Source: Bryobacterales bacterium
GTDB taxonomy: Bacteria; Acidobacteriota; Terriglobia; Bryobacterales; UBA6623
NCBI GenBank assembly: GCA_963422375.2
Contig: OY729428.2
Coordinates: 2,016,001-2,080,000, forward strand
DNA length: 64,000 nucleotides
Direction of reading: 5' to 3'
The notes beneath the pieces were generated by a model, which saw only the letters and a list, made by a program, of their open reading frames with translations, was not told where the DNA came from and did no database searches. Position numbers and translations under genes: made by a program. Below are positions 28,711 to 38,142 of the stretch, in pieces (within the stretch, counting starts at the first letter, position 1; each line of letters opens with the position of its first letter).

Positions 28711-29790
28711 ATGTCCGTTCGGCTAGCGTTCGTGGTCGCCGCTGCTGCAGTCCTGGCTGGCGGCCAGGCGACCAGCGACGGGACCGAGGACCCCGGCCTC
28801 CTCATCACCGCGGAATCGAACTTGGTCGTGGTTCGGTGCCACGTCTACCGGAATAAGGAGGCCGTCGGGGGCCTTGGGCCGGACGCATTCGAGCTCCGGG
28901 AAGACGGCGAGATCCAGGACATCGCGTTTGTCGAGGGGCCTCCCGGCGAGGGCGAAGAATCGGAACGGAGCGTGCCGACCGAGATCATCTTCCTGATCGA
29001 CTTCAGCTTGAGCGTGATGGAGCCCGGCCTGCTGGACTTCAAGACGGTCCGGAGCGCGATGCTCGAGAACCTGCGCGAGGACGTCCTGATCTCGATATAC
29101 GGCTTCGCGAACACCCTGAAGCGCTTCACCGGACCGACCCGCGACCTAGGAGCGCTGCAGAAAGCAATGGATCTCGCATTCAGATCCAAGGCGCTCGGCA
29201 GCCGTGTCTACCAGGCGATCATGCAGACTGCCCGCGACGCGGCGAGTCGCGGCGGCAACGCGTCCCGGATGATGGTGGTCTTCTCGGACGGTTTCGCCAC
29301 GACTGACCTTCGCCCCGAGATTGTCGTCGCGTCGGCGAAGGCCTTGGGCATACCGATCTATCCGGTCATCCTCGGGCACGACCGCATCATCCAGCGGGCG
29401 CAGGGCAGGCGGGGCGGCCACGGGGCGCTGCAGGGCACGCTGGGAGGCGCCGGCGGGCGGGCTAGGGATGCGCAGGTGTTCGGTCCGCCACGGTGGCCCA
29501 GCGGAAACCAGCAACGCCAGTCGAACGCTCGCATGCAAGAGCGCCGACAAGCAGAATTCGCGACGATCGGGCCGCAAACGGGCGGCCGGAGCTACGACCC
29601 GGACATCATCAACAACCTGGTGATACGGCAGATCCTCGCCTCTCTCGCGACGCTGGCCCAGACCGAGTACGTACTTGGCTACTACCCGAAGGCCGTGGAC
29701 GACGAAATGACGCCGCACCAAGTCGAAGTGAAGCTGACGAAGGGTGCAGTCGGCAAGCTATTCGGAGGGCAGCGGCTGGTCGTGCATTGA
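28711..29790 (+). CDS. VWA-domain protein, acidobacterial type, secreted
   Basis: SNLVVV...FELREDG..QDI, DFSLS MIDAS-like motif, VFSDG, QTGGR, YVLGYYP. Confidence 0.85.
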   Translation: MSVRLAFVVAAAAVLAGGQATSDGTEDPGLLITAESNLVVVRCHVYRNKEAVGGLGPDAFELREDGEIQDIAFVEGPPGEGEESERSVPTEIIFLIDFSLSVMEPGLLDFKTVRSAMLENLREDVLISIYGFANTLKRFTGPTRDLGALQKAMDLAFRSKALGSRVYQAIMQTARDAASRGGNASRMMVVFSDGFATTDLRPEIVVASAKALGIPIYPVILGHDRIIQRAQGRRGGHGALQGTLGGAGGRARDAQVFGPPRWPSGNQQRQSNARMQERRQAEFATIGPQTGGRSYDPDIINNLVIRQILASLATLAQTEYVLGYYPKAVDDEMTPHQVEVKLTKGAVGKLFGGQRLVVH

Positions 29791-29936
29791 TTCCGGCGGC
29801 TGGCGGAGAAGGTGACGTTTCCCGAGCATGGCGGAAGACGGCCGGCTGACTGCCGCGTGTCCCGGGAATCCCGTCGATTGACGACCAGCTCGCGACGCCG
29901 CCGGGGTTCCTCGCGCCCGAAGTCCGCACCGTCCGA

Positions 29937-30368
29937 TCAGTCGTCTTCGTCGGCCAAACCGCCCATTTCGAGCACGACCCCGAACTGATCCGGAGTGACG
30001 GGGGTTACCGAGAGGCGGCTCCGGCGGACAAGCTGCATCGCGGACAGGCGGGGTTCCCTCTTAATCTGCTGGAGCGTGACCGGCTTCGGCAGCGCCCGAG
30101 CGGGGGCGAGGTCGACGACGCACCACCTAGAGTCCTCGGTGGTCGGATCTTGGTAGTACTCTTGGATCACCGTCGCCACCCCCACGACCTCCGTCCCCTT
30201 GCCCGAGTGGTAGAAGAGAAGCCGGTCGCCGAGCTTCATCAGGCGAAGGTTGTTGCGCGCCTCGTAGTTGCGCACGCCGTCCCAGTATGTAGAGCCGTCC
30301 CGGACTAGGTCATCCCACGAGTAAGTGCCCGGCTCGGACTTTACCAACCAGTGGTTTCGGTCAGCCAT
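29937..30368 (-). CDS. EVE-domain protein
   Basis: WLVKSEP, WDGVRNYEARN, FYHS, RLSVTPV. Confidence 0.92.
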   Translation of the reverse strand: MADRNHWLVKSEPGTYSWDDLVRDGSTYWDGVRNYEARNNLRLMKLGDRLLFYHSGKGTEVVGVATVIQEYYQDPTTEDSRWCVVDLAPARALPKPVTLQQIKREPRLSAMQLVRRSRLSVTPVTPDQFGVVLEMGGLADEDD

Positions 30369-31218
30369 CGAACCCGAAGGATACCACCAACCGCGGTGAC
30401 CGGCTGCGCGCTTCCGCTCAAGTTTCGAGGCGCTTGCCAGTCTGCCGACCGCACTCAGGCACGGGCCGCCACGCGGACGCGGAGGGTGGCTTGGAGAAGT
30501 CGGCACGCAGCCACTGCCTTCTAGGACGGGCGAATCGGGCTAGAACACATTCATTTCGAGGCCCGCTGTCGATGCGCGGCTGAGCGGGGCATTGCACTTG
30601 CGTCAAATGTACGCCGAACGCAGGTGCGGTAAGGTGCGACGATTCACCCCTGCGGGCGTGACGTGGGACCCGGGATCGCTTCGACCCCAGCAAGAGGCGG
30701 CGGCGAGGGGTCGCGGCGGCCGATGCAGTCGAATCCTCCTTTCGACTTCCGAACGCCTCGCCTATAGGCGAGCTTGCCGTGGAGGGCCCCGTACGGCGGA
30801 TTCGCCCCGGCAGTTCTCTCGTCGGGCGGGCTCGGCCGACCGGCCCCGGTCATCGTCGGAGGCCTTCGATTCCCCGGGGTCTTCCTTGCCATCGAGACCC
30901 CCTTGGAAGGATCGACCGATTGCGTGCCGCCCTTGGCCGGTAGCCCCCGGACGCCCCGGGCACTGATCATTCGCGCAGGGCCGGCGTCCTAGCTGGAGCA
31001 CGCTCGTACGCAACGCCTGATCCGGGCTCCGCCAGGAAGTATCCCCCGGCCGCAGAGTCAGCGACGGGCCTGTGTCCGCCCCCCAAGGCTCCTCCGCGAC
31101 ATGCGAGCGTGCGCCTATGCGCGGGGTCGCCCCGTTGGACGGCTGTCCACTCACGGATAATCCGGGCCAAGCGCCCCAGCCTAGCCAAGGCGGCGATGCG
31201 TCCGCCGCCACGTCCGAG

Positions 31219-31803
31219 TCATCGGTCCAGCATGCGCCGGATGTTGGACCGGTGGCGCCAGACGAGAAAAAGGGTCATCAGCGCCGAGTACTTGGTGTGC
31301 GGCATGCCCAGGTAGACTTGGATCGCCGCGGTGAAGAATACCCACGTCAGCAGCGACGCCCACGCCCCGCGCTCGTTGACTTCCAATCTGCTTCCGAGGA
31401 CGCGGACGACTAGGAAGAAGACCAAGCCGGCGCACGCCAGGGCAGGGTACATGGCGAGCATGGTGCCGGCCGAAGTGGCAATGCCCTTGCCGCCTCGGAA
31501 CCGCAGCCACGGCGAGTAGCAGTGCCCGAACACTGCGCAAAGACCGAAGAGCCAGCCGTAGTTGACGGTCAGCTCGGGGGAATAGAAGAGCCACACCGGC
31601 AGGAAGCCCTTGCCGACGTCCCCGACCAGCGAGATCAAGGCGCGCTTCTTGCTGAACCGCAGGACGTTGTTGAAGCCCGGGTTGCCCGAGCCGATGTCGC
31701 GGATGTTCGTGCCGGACCCCCACATGGCGATTACGGCGAAGGGCGTCGAGCCGCAGGCGAAGCTTGCGAGGAGTTGGAGTAGGAGCTGCATTTCGATTGG
31801 CAT
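31219..31803 (-). CDS. plsY: Glycerol-3-phosphate acyltransferase PlsY
   Basis: GSGNPGFNNVLR, DVGKG, GHCYSPW, FRGGKGIAT, RHRSNI. Confidence 0.92.
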   Translation of the reverse strand: MPIEMQLLLQLLASFACGSTPFAVIAMWGSGTNIRDIGSGNPGFNNVLRFSKKRALISLVGDVGKGFLPVWLFYSPELTVNYGWLFGLCAVFGHCYSPWLRFRGGKGIATSAGTMLAMYPALACAGLVFFLVVRVLGSRLEVNERGAWASLLTWVFFTAAIQVYLGMPHTKYSALMTLFLVWRHRSNIRRMLDR

Positions 31804-31810
31804 CGTGGGT

Positions 31811-33037
31811 TCAGGTCCCGAGAAGCGGAGTGAAGGCGATCAGGCCCGTGATCGCGGCCGTAGTGAGGTTGCAAAGCGTGGCCGCCAGCAGCGCCCGCAA
31901 TCCGAGGGCAGCCAGTTCCGCCCGGCGCTGCGGAAGGATCGCCCCGAGCGCGCCGACTAGGATTCCGACTGAGCCGACGTTAGCGAAACCGCACAGTCCG
32001 TAGCTCGCAATCAGGGCCGAGCGCGGGTCCAGCGTGTCCTTGATGGCGGCGAGTTCGGCAAAGCTGATGAACTCGTTCAGGACAAGGCGGGTCCCGAAGA
32101 GGTTCCCGACGGCGGGCGCGTCCTGCCAGGCGATGCCGATCAGCCACGCGACCGGAGCGAGAAGGGGGCCGAGCATGCTCTGGACGCTTCCTGGGAACCA
32201 CGCCCAGCCCAGCAGGCCCTTCAGTCCGGATAGCATGCCGTTCAGGATCGAGATCAGCGCGACGAAGGTCAGCACGACGGCGCCGACCTGCAGGGCGACG
32301 TTCAGCCCCTCGCTGGCACCGCGGCTGGCCGCGTCGATCACGTTGCGGTCGAGGCCCCCCGTCTGGCTCGGAATCTGACCCATCGTTTCGGGCATGCCGG
32401 TCTCTGGCTCGAGGATCTTGGACAGCATGACGCAAGCGGGCGCGGTCATCACGACGGCGGTGACGAGGTCCTCGGCCCGGGCTCCCCCGATCTGAACGTA
32501 CGCCACCAGCATTGCACCGGACACGGTAGCCATCCCGCTGGTCATGATCGTCATGAGCTCCGAACGGGTCATCCTCGCCAGGTAGGGGCGGACGGTTAGG
32601 GGAGCCTCGGCCTGCCCGAGAAAGAGATTGGCGGCAACCGTCAGCGACTCGGCACCACTCACCCGCATGCCGCGCTGCATGATGAACGCCAAGCCGGTGA
32701 CGATCTTCTGCATCGCACCGAGGCGGTAGAGGATCGCCGAAATAGAGGACACAAGAATGATCAGGGGCAGGATCTGAAAGGCGAAGATCACGCCGTTCTC
32801 GGGCTCTGCCAGCTCGCCGAAGACGAATTGCGTGCCTTCCCCCGCATACTGGATGAATCGGTTGAACGCGAGCCCCAGCGACTGGACGGCGAACCCCAGC
32901 GGCGTGCGGAGCACGAGCACGGCCAGCAGCACCTGCAACCCGAGCCCCCAAGCGACGACCTGCCAGCGGACTTCGGAGCGGTTGGAAGACAGGGCGTAGG
33001 CCGCTGCGAGAAAAAAGAGGATCCCGAGCGCGCCCAT
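31811..33037 (-). CDS. Concentrative nucleoside transporter (NupC/CNT family)
   Basis: FAFQILP, SGAESL, FLGQAEAP, GMATVSG, LVLNEF, LCGFAN. Confidence 0.92.
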   Translation of the reverse strand: MGALGILFFLAAAYALSSNRSEVRWQVVAWGLGLQVLLAVLVLRTPLGFAVQSLGLAFNRFIQYAGEGTQFVFGELAEPENGVIFAFQILPLIILVSSISAILYRLGAMQKIVTGLAFIMQRGMRVSGAESLTVAANLFLGQAEAPLTVRPYLARMTRSELMTIMTSGMATVSGAMLVAYVQIGGARAEDLVTAVVMTAPACVMLSKILEPETGMPETMGQIPSQTGGLDRNVIDAASRGASEGLNVALQVGAVVLTFVALISILNGMLSGLKGLLGWAWFPGSVQSMLGPLLAPVAWLIGIAWQDAPAVGNLFGTRLVLNEFISFAELAAIKDTLDPRSALIASYGLCGFANVGSVGILVGALGAILPQRRAELAALGLRALLAATLCNLTTAAITGLIAFTPLLGT

Positions 33038-33381
33038 CGGAGCAATCCATTGTAGGTGCTTGCATGCGTACCTCGGTTGACGAAGGACGGAAGCCGCCCG
33101 GGGACGGCCGCCACTTCTGCGTGGCGGCCCGTTCCAGGAGCGACGGTCGGCGCGACCGCTGGCGCTTTGATTCCAGCGGAGCGTCCGGCGGCAGGCGCAT
33201 CCGGCGCGGATCCGGCTCGTCGCTTTCTCTCGGGTCCGCCCGGCCGTTCGCGCTTGGAGCGAAAGCGCGACGAAAGCCTCGAGCGCCGATTCGATTCATT
33301 CTCGTGCCGACGGAAACGAGGGGGACTCGGCATGCGTCTGACGGCTGTCAGCGGTTCAGGACGAACCGGAGGGAGCACACG

Positions 33382-33978
33382 ATGAAGAGTCTCGCAAGCG
33401 TTGTCGCGATCAGCCTGCTTGGCGTGAGCCCGATCTCGGCCGAGTGTTTCGAACGCGGCAAGTCGGCCTACAAGACGCCGGACGGGAACTGGAGAAAGGC
33501 TGCTATCTGCGTGACAGACGACGGCGTCCAAGTGTACACCCGCAAGACGGGCCTGCTCGTGGCAGCGTTTCTCGGCGCCGATCACGATATGAGATTCAGT
33601 TCCTGGGATCTTCGTCGTCGGCAGGTCACCGGAAGCGTTCTCCTCGGCGGGCTGATCACGATCGGCTGCCTCGCGCTGCCGGTCAAGCCCGGCTACGTCA
33701 CCAATTGCACGCACACCAGCGATTCGTACTCGTCCAGCTCGCGCTGCAATAGCTACTACGACGAGGGTCGCGAGGGCTACATCAGTCCCAAGGCGGCTCT
33801 GATCTCCCTCGGTGCGCTGTCCGGCGTGGTGGCCGCGATGGCGCTCAGTCCGAGCTCACCTCCGGAGTATTCGTTCAAGGACGGCCCCCGCGAAGTCACC
33901 GTCCGCGTCGACAAGCGCGACCGGTCCAACTGGGAGTCTGCTCTGCTTCGTTACCGGCTGAAGCCCGGTCCGGACTAA
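33382..33978 (+). CDS. Hypothetical exported/membrane protein
   Basis: ggagggag RBS, signal peptide MKSLASVVAISLLG, two hydrophobic segments; no family recognised. Confidence 0.6.
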   Translation: MKSLASVVAISLLGVSPISAECFERGKSAYKTPDGNWRKAAICVTDDGVQVYTRKTGLLVAAFLGADHDMRFSSWDLRRRQVTGSVLLGGLITIGCLALPVKPGYVTNCTHTSDSYSSSSRCNSYYDEGREGYISPKAALISLGALSGVVAAMALSPSSPPEYSFKDGPREVTVRVDKRDRSNWESALLRYRLKPGPD

Positions 33979-34357
33979 CCTCGACCCTGTCGCATGGGAG
34001 ACCGGTCGATTCGAGTCGATCTTCGCGACTCCTCCCCACGCCGATCGGCGGTGGCCCTCAAGGAGGCCCGCGGGCGATTCCCGAATACTCTCCCCAGCCG
34101 TCGGAACCCACGTGTCTTCGGGCGGAACTGCTTCCGGATCGGATGCCCCGCGCGACTGGCCGCGGGGTTCGCTGGCGGGCCTGCGGCGAGACAACACCGG
34201 GCCTTCAGCATTGCGCACAGGGCGCACGCCTCAAGGCGTGGTTGCAATGGGTAATTCCATGGGGAGGCCTTGATTGCGCGCGCCCGCCCGCCTCTGCCCG
34301 GCCGCTCCTTCTGCTCGCAGCGTCCGCACGAGTCTCGCAGGTGCCTACACTACGGCA

Positions 34358-34801
34358 ATGAGGCCGGAGCCCGCGCCCGTCGCCGAGTCCCGCCTGGCCG
34401 AACTGGCCCGATCGACCATGGCCCGGGCGCCGTTTCCGATGCTGGCCAGCGTGGACGGCACGCGACCGCGCCTGCGGCCGGTCTCCCCCGTCGCGGTCGA
34501 AGGCTTCACCGTATTCGTGGCCTCGCTCCGCAGCTCCCACAAGACAGGCGAGCTGGATGCGAATCCGGCCGTGGAGTTGTGCTACCTGGACGACGACCAC
34601 GACCAGGTTCGCATCGAGGGCACGGCGGAGCTGGTCGGGGACGCCAGCGTCCGGCAGGGGATCTGGGATCGCAATCCGCTGCTGCGCAGCTTCCTCGGGT
34701 CGATCGACAATCCGGAGTTCATGCTCTATCGAATCCGACCCGAGCGGGTGCGCTTCATGCGGGAATGGGCTCTGACCTACTTCGACGTGCCCTTGGATTG
34801 A
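34358..34801 (+). CDS. Pyridoxamine 5'-phosphate oxidase-like FMN-binding protein
   Basis: LASVDGTRPRLRP, SHKTGELDANPAVEL, QVRIEG. Confidence 0.85.
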   Translation: MRPEPAPVAESRLAELARSTMARAPFPMLASVDGTRPRLRPVSPVAVEGFTVFVASLRSSHKTGELDANPAVELCYLDDDHDQVRIEGTAELVGDASVRQGIWDRNPLLRSFLGSIDNPEFMLYRIRPERVRFMREWALTYFDVPLD

Positions 34802-34879
34802 CCCTCTCGGAAACGGCTGCCAGCCCGCGCCCTATACCGCCTTGGCTTACAATCGGGCTGGGTCGCAAGGAGCCCTTCC

Positions 34880-36196
34880 ATGGACCGACGCAAATTCCTC
34901 TCCTCCACCGGCGTGACGGCCGCCGCGCTCACGGCCGCGCAGTACTCGCGGGTGCTCGGGGCCAACGAGCGCCTCCAGACCGCCGTCATCGGTGTCAACG
35001 GCCGAGGCAAGTCCCATATCCGGGCGGCGGCGGAGAGCCCCGGCATGCAGGTCGCCGCTGTCGTGGACATCGACCAGACCGTCGCCGAAAAGGCGGCTGC
35101 CTACGCCAAGCAGTACCAGCCCGAGGCGCCGCGGGAGTACCGCGACCTCCGCGACATGCTAGGCAGCAAGGACATCGACGTGGTGACGGTCGCCACAACT
35201 AACCACTGGCACGCCCTCGCGACCATCTGGAGCGTCCAGGCCGGCAAGGACGTGTACTGCGAGAAGCCCGCGAGCCACAACGTCTGGGAGGGCCGCAAGA
35301 TGGTCGAGGCGGCTCGGAAGTACGGACGCATGGTCCAGATCGGCCACCAGTCGCGCTCGACTCCCGCCGTGATCGAGGCTATCCAGCGTCTCCGCGAGGG
35401 CGTGATCGGCGACGTCTACATGGCCAAGGGCCTCTGCTACAAGCGGCGCAAGTCGATTGGGTCCGCTGCGGTCAGCGCCGCGCCCCCGGGCGTGGACTAC
35501 GACATCTGGCTGGGGCCGGCCCGGCCGAGCGAATTCAAGCGAAACCGGTTCCACTACAACTGGCACTGGCACTGGGCCTTCGGTAACGGCGACATCGGCA
35601 ATCAGGGCGTCCACCAGATGGACGTGGCCCGCTGGGGGCTCGGAATCGACCATCTCCCCGAGCACGCCCATTCCGCCGGCGGCCACTACGTGTACGACGA
35701 CGACCAGGAGACGCCCAACACCCAGCACGCGACCCTCGACTACGGCGGGCGCATGCTGCAATTCGAGGTACGAGGCCTGATCACGGGCGGTGAATGCCGC
35801 CTGCTCGAGGACACCGGGAACGGTTCCCACACCATCGGCGTCCTGTTCTTCGGCAGCGACGGCTTTCTGACGATCTCGGGACGCGGATACCGCACCTATC
35901 TCGGCGAGAAGCGGATTCCGGGCCCGACCATGGAGCCCACCGGCGAGAACATCACCGCCCTGCATTTCGAGAACTTCCGCAAGGCGATCACGAGCCGGCG
36001 CACCAGCGACCTAAACTGCGACGTGCTCGAGGGGCATCTGTCCGCCGCGCTCTGCCATCTGGCGAACATTTCCTACCGCACCGGAGACAAGCTCCTGTTC
36101 GACGCGGAAAAGGAACGCTTCGTGGGCAACTTCGGCGCGAACACGCTCCTGACGAGGGACTATCGCGAACCTTGGGTGGTGCCCGCGGAGGTCTGA
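34880..36196 (+). CDS. Gfo/Idh/MocA oxidoreductase, Tat substrate
   Basis: MDRRKFL, IGVNGRG, TTNHWH, DVYCEKP, GDIGNQGVH. Confidence 0.93.
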   Translation: MDRRKFLSSTGVTAAALTAAQYSRVLGANERLQTAVIGVNGRGKSHIRAAAESPGMQVAAVVDIDQTVAEKAAAYAKQYQPEAPREYRDLRDMLGSKDIDVVTVATTNHWHALATIWSVQAGKDVYCEKPASHNVWEGRKMVEAARKYGRMVQIGHQSRSTPAVIEAIQRLREGVIGDVYMAKGLCYKRRKSIGSAAVSAAPPGVDYDIWLGPARPSEFKRNRFHYNWHWHWAFGNGDIGNQGVHQMDVARWGLGIDHLPEHAHSAGGHYVYDDDQETPNTQHATLDYGGRMLQFEVRGLITGGECRLLEDTGNGSHTIGVLFFGSDGFLTISGRGYRTYLGEKRIPGPTMEPTGENITALHFENFRKAITSRRTSDLNCDVLEGHLSAALCHLANISYRTGDKLLFDAEKERFVGNFGANTLLTRDYREPWVVPAEV

Positions 36197-36221
36197 TCAG
36201 GGACCGGGCCCGCCGCCGGAG

Positions 36222-36389
36222 TCAGACGTCGGCGGAAGCCCCGCTGCCTAGGTCCTTGACTTGGGCGCTTACGTTATCGAGCTCGCGCGATAGCCGCTTC
36301 GTGCGAGCGGACAGCAGGGCCACGTATCCAACGTGGAGCGCCCAAGCGACGCCGAACGCCGCCCACAGCCATTTCAGGTTCTCTCCCAC
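36222..36389 (-). CDS. ccmD: CcmD-family heme exporter small subunit
   Basis: 55 aa, single TM (LWAAFGVAWALHVGY) followed by a coiled tail; directly after ccmC. Confidence 0.75.
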   Translation of the reverse strand: MGENLKWLWAAFGVAWALHVGYVALLSARTKRLSRELDNVSAQVKDLGSGASADV

Positions 36390-36405
36390 GGGATCCTCCC
36401 CCCTC

Positions 36406-37086
36406 TCAGGCAAGCGCCTGGACCTCCCTGCGCAGGGCGTCCGTCCTCTTGCGCAGCGCCTCCATGCGCCGCCTCTGGCGGACCAGGCACCAGTACAGCA
36501 GCGCCAGGGCGAACATCGTGAAGAACAGCACGAACGTCATGCGCGGATCGAGCGAGCCGCCGCCGCCCAAGACGGGGGCGGGATGCTGGGTTCTCCACCA
36601 GCGGTTCGCCATGTACACGATCGGAACGTCCACCATTCCGAAAACCGACACGACGGCGCACACCACGGCGCGCTGGCTCGGTTCGTCAATCGACTCGCGG
36701 AGGATCAGGTAGGCCGCGTAAATCAGCGCAAGCAGAAGCATCGCGGTCAGGCGGGCGTCCCATGCCCAGTACACGCCCCAAACCGGCTTCGCCCACAGGC
36801 ACCCGGTGACCAGGTTCACGCAGGCGAATAGCAGGCCCACTTCGTTGCAGGCGACGGACAGGTCGTCCCGCTCCCCCGCGCGGTTCAATAGGTAACCGAT
36901 CGCCGCGAAGCCGCCGAGGAAGAATCCGCCGAACGCAACCGCGGCGGATGAAACGTGAATGTAGAAGATCCGCTGGACGATGCCCATCGAAGCCTCGGTG
37001 GGCACCCAGGCAAAGATCAGGTACATCGAGGCCAGCAGTGCGGTCGCGGAGACCGCCGCCAGCGGTGCGGGAACAGCGTCGCGCAT
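36406..37086 (-). CDS. ccmC: Cytochrome c biogenesis heme exporter CcmC
   Basis: QRIFYIHV, WAKPVWGVYWAWDARLT (WWD domain), WWRTQHP. Confidence 0.92.
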   Translation of the reverse strand: MRDAVPAPLAAVSATALLASMYLIFAWVPTEASMGIVQRIFYIHVSSAAVAFGGFFLGGFAAIGYLLNRAGERDDLSVACNEVGLLFACVNLVTGCLWAKPVWGVYWAWDARLTAMLLLALIYAAYLILRESIDEPSQRAVVCAVVSVFGMVDVPIVYMANRWWRTQHPAPVLGGGGSLDPRMTFVLFFTMFALALLYWCLVRQRRRMEALRKRTDALRREVQALA

Positions 37087-37185
37087 CAAGCCTGTCGCCA
37101 GCTCCAAGTGTACCCGAGCACCGCGCCACGGGGCGGCCGCGCCAGCCCGGCCGGCTCCGCAGGACAATGAGCACTGGGACTGGCC

Positions 37186-38142
37186 GTGCGCAACTGGGGA
37201 GAGTGCGTGCCGAATTTCTCCGAAGGCCGTCGGGCGGGATCCATCGGCCGACTGGAAGCCGCGGTCGCGAGCGGCGGAGCGGAACTACTCGACCTGCACG
37301 CCGACCCGGACCACAATCGCTGCGTGCTGACGCTCGCGGGCCCTCTAGCTTCGGCCGCGGAGGCCGTCCTGGCCGCTTCCGCCGTCGCGGTCGAGAGCAT
37401 CGACCTGCGCACGCATCGAGGCACCCACCCTAGGATCGGCGCCGTCGACGTCGTTCCGATCACCCCCCTGTGGGCGACGCCCCGCTCTGCTTGCATAGAA
37501 GCCGCGCGCGAGATCGGCGAACGGCTCTGGCGGGACCTGCGCGTCCCAGTGTACTACTATGGCGAAGCTGCCAGCCGGGAGGGCCGCCGGAGGCTGGAGT
37601 CGGTCCGCCGGCTTGGCTTCGAGCGGCTCGGCCCCTTGGCGCGGGACGGGGAAGTCCGCCCGGATGTGGGCGGCCCGTCGCTGCATCCGTCCGCCGGCGC
37701 CTGCTGCGTGGGAGTCCGACCCTTCTTGGCGGCATTCAACGTGCAACTTGCTGCCCGCGACGCGGCCGCGGCGCGCCGGATCGCCGGGGCGCTCCGGGAG
37801 TCGGCCGGAGGCCTGCCCGGCGTGAAGGCCCTGGGCATGTATCTCGAGTCGGCCGGGGTCGCGCAAGTCTCGATGAACCTGACGCGGCTCGACCTGACCC
37901 CGCTGGACGCCGCCTACGACGCGGTGTGCGCGGCGGCCTCCCGGCTGGGCGTGCAGGTGCTCGGAAGCGAGATCGTCGGGCTCGTGCCGCGGGCAGCTCT
38001 CGGGCCCGCCCCGGCACGCCTGCGCATCGCCGACTTCGGTCCCGGCATGATTCTAGAGGAGCGCCTGGAAGACGCCCTGTCCGGGGGGCGCGCCGGGATG
38101 CCCCGCGGACCCGGCCGGGCCCGCGGGGTCCGTCAAGGCTAG
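37186..38142 (+). CDS. ftcD: Glutamate formimidoyltransferase
   Basis: ECVPNFSEGR, DPDHNR, HPRIGAVDVVP, QVSMNL, SEIVGLVP. Confidence 0.92.
   Translation: MRNWGECVPNFSEGRRAGSIGRLEAAVASGGAELLDLHADPDHNRCVLTLAGPLASAAEAVLAASAVAVESIDLRTHRGTHPRIGAVDVVPITPLWATPRSACIEAAREIGERLWRDLRVPVYYYGEAASREGRRRLESVRRLGFERLGPLARDGEVRPDVGGPSLHPSAGACCVGVRPFLAAFNVQLAARDAAAARRIAGALRESAGGLPGVKALGMYLESAGVAQVSMNLTRLDLTPLDAAYDAVCAAASRLGVQVLGSEIVGLVPRAALGPAPARLRIADFGPGMILEERLEDALSGGRAGMPRGPGRARGVRQG

Noticed and set aside
30369..31218. RNase P RNA, tmRNA or SRP RNA
   Set aside because: Hallmark motifs such as GAGGAAAGTCC or tRNA-like ends were not found on either strand.
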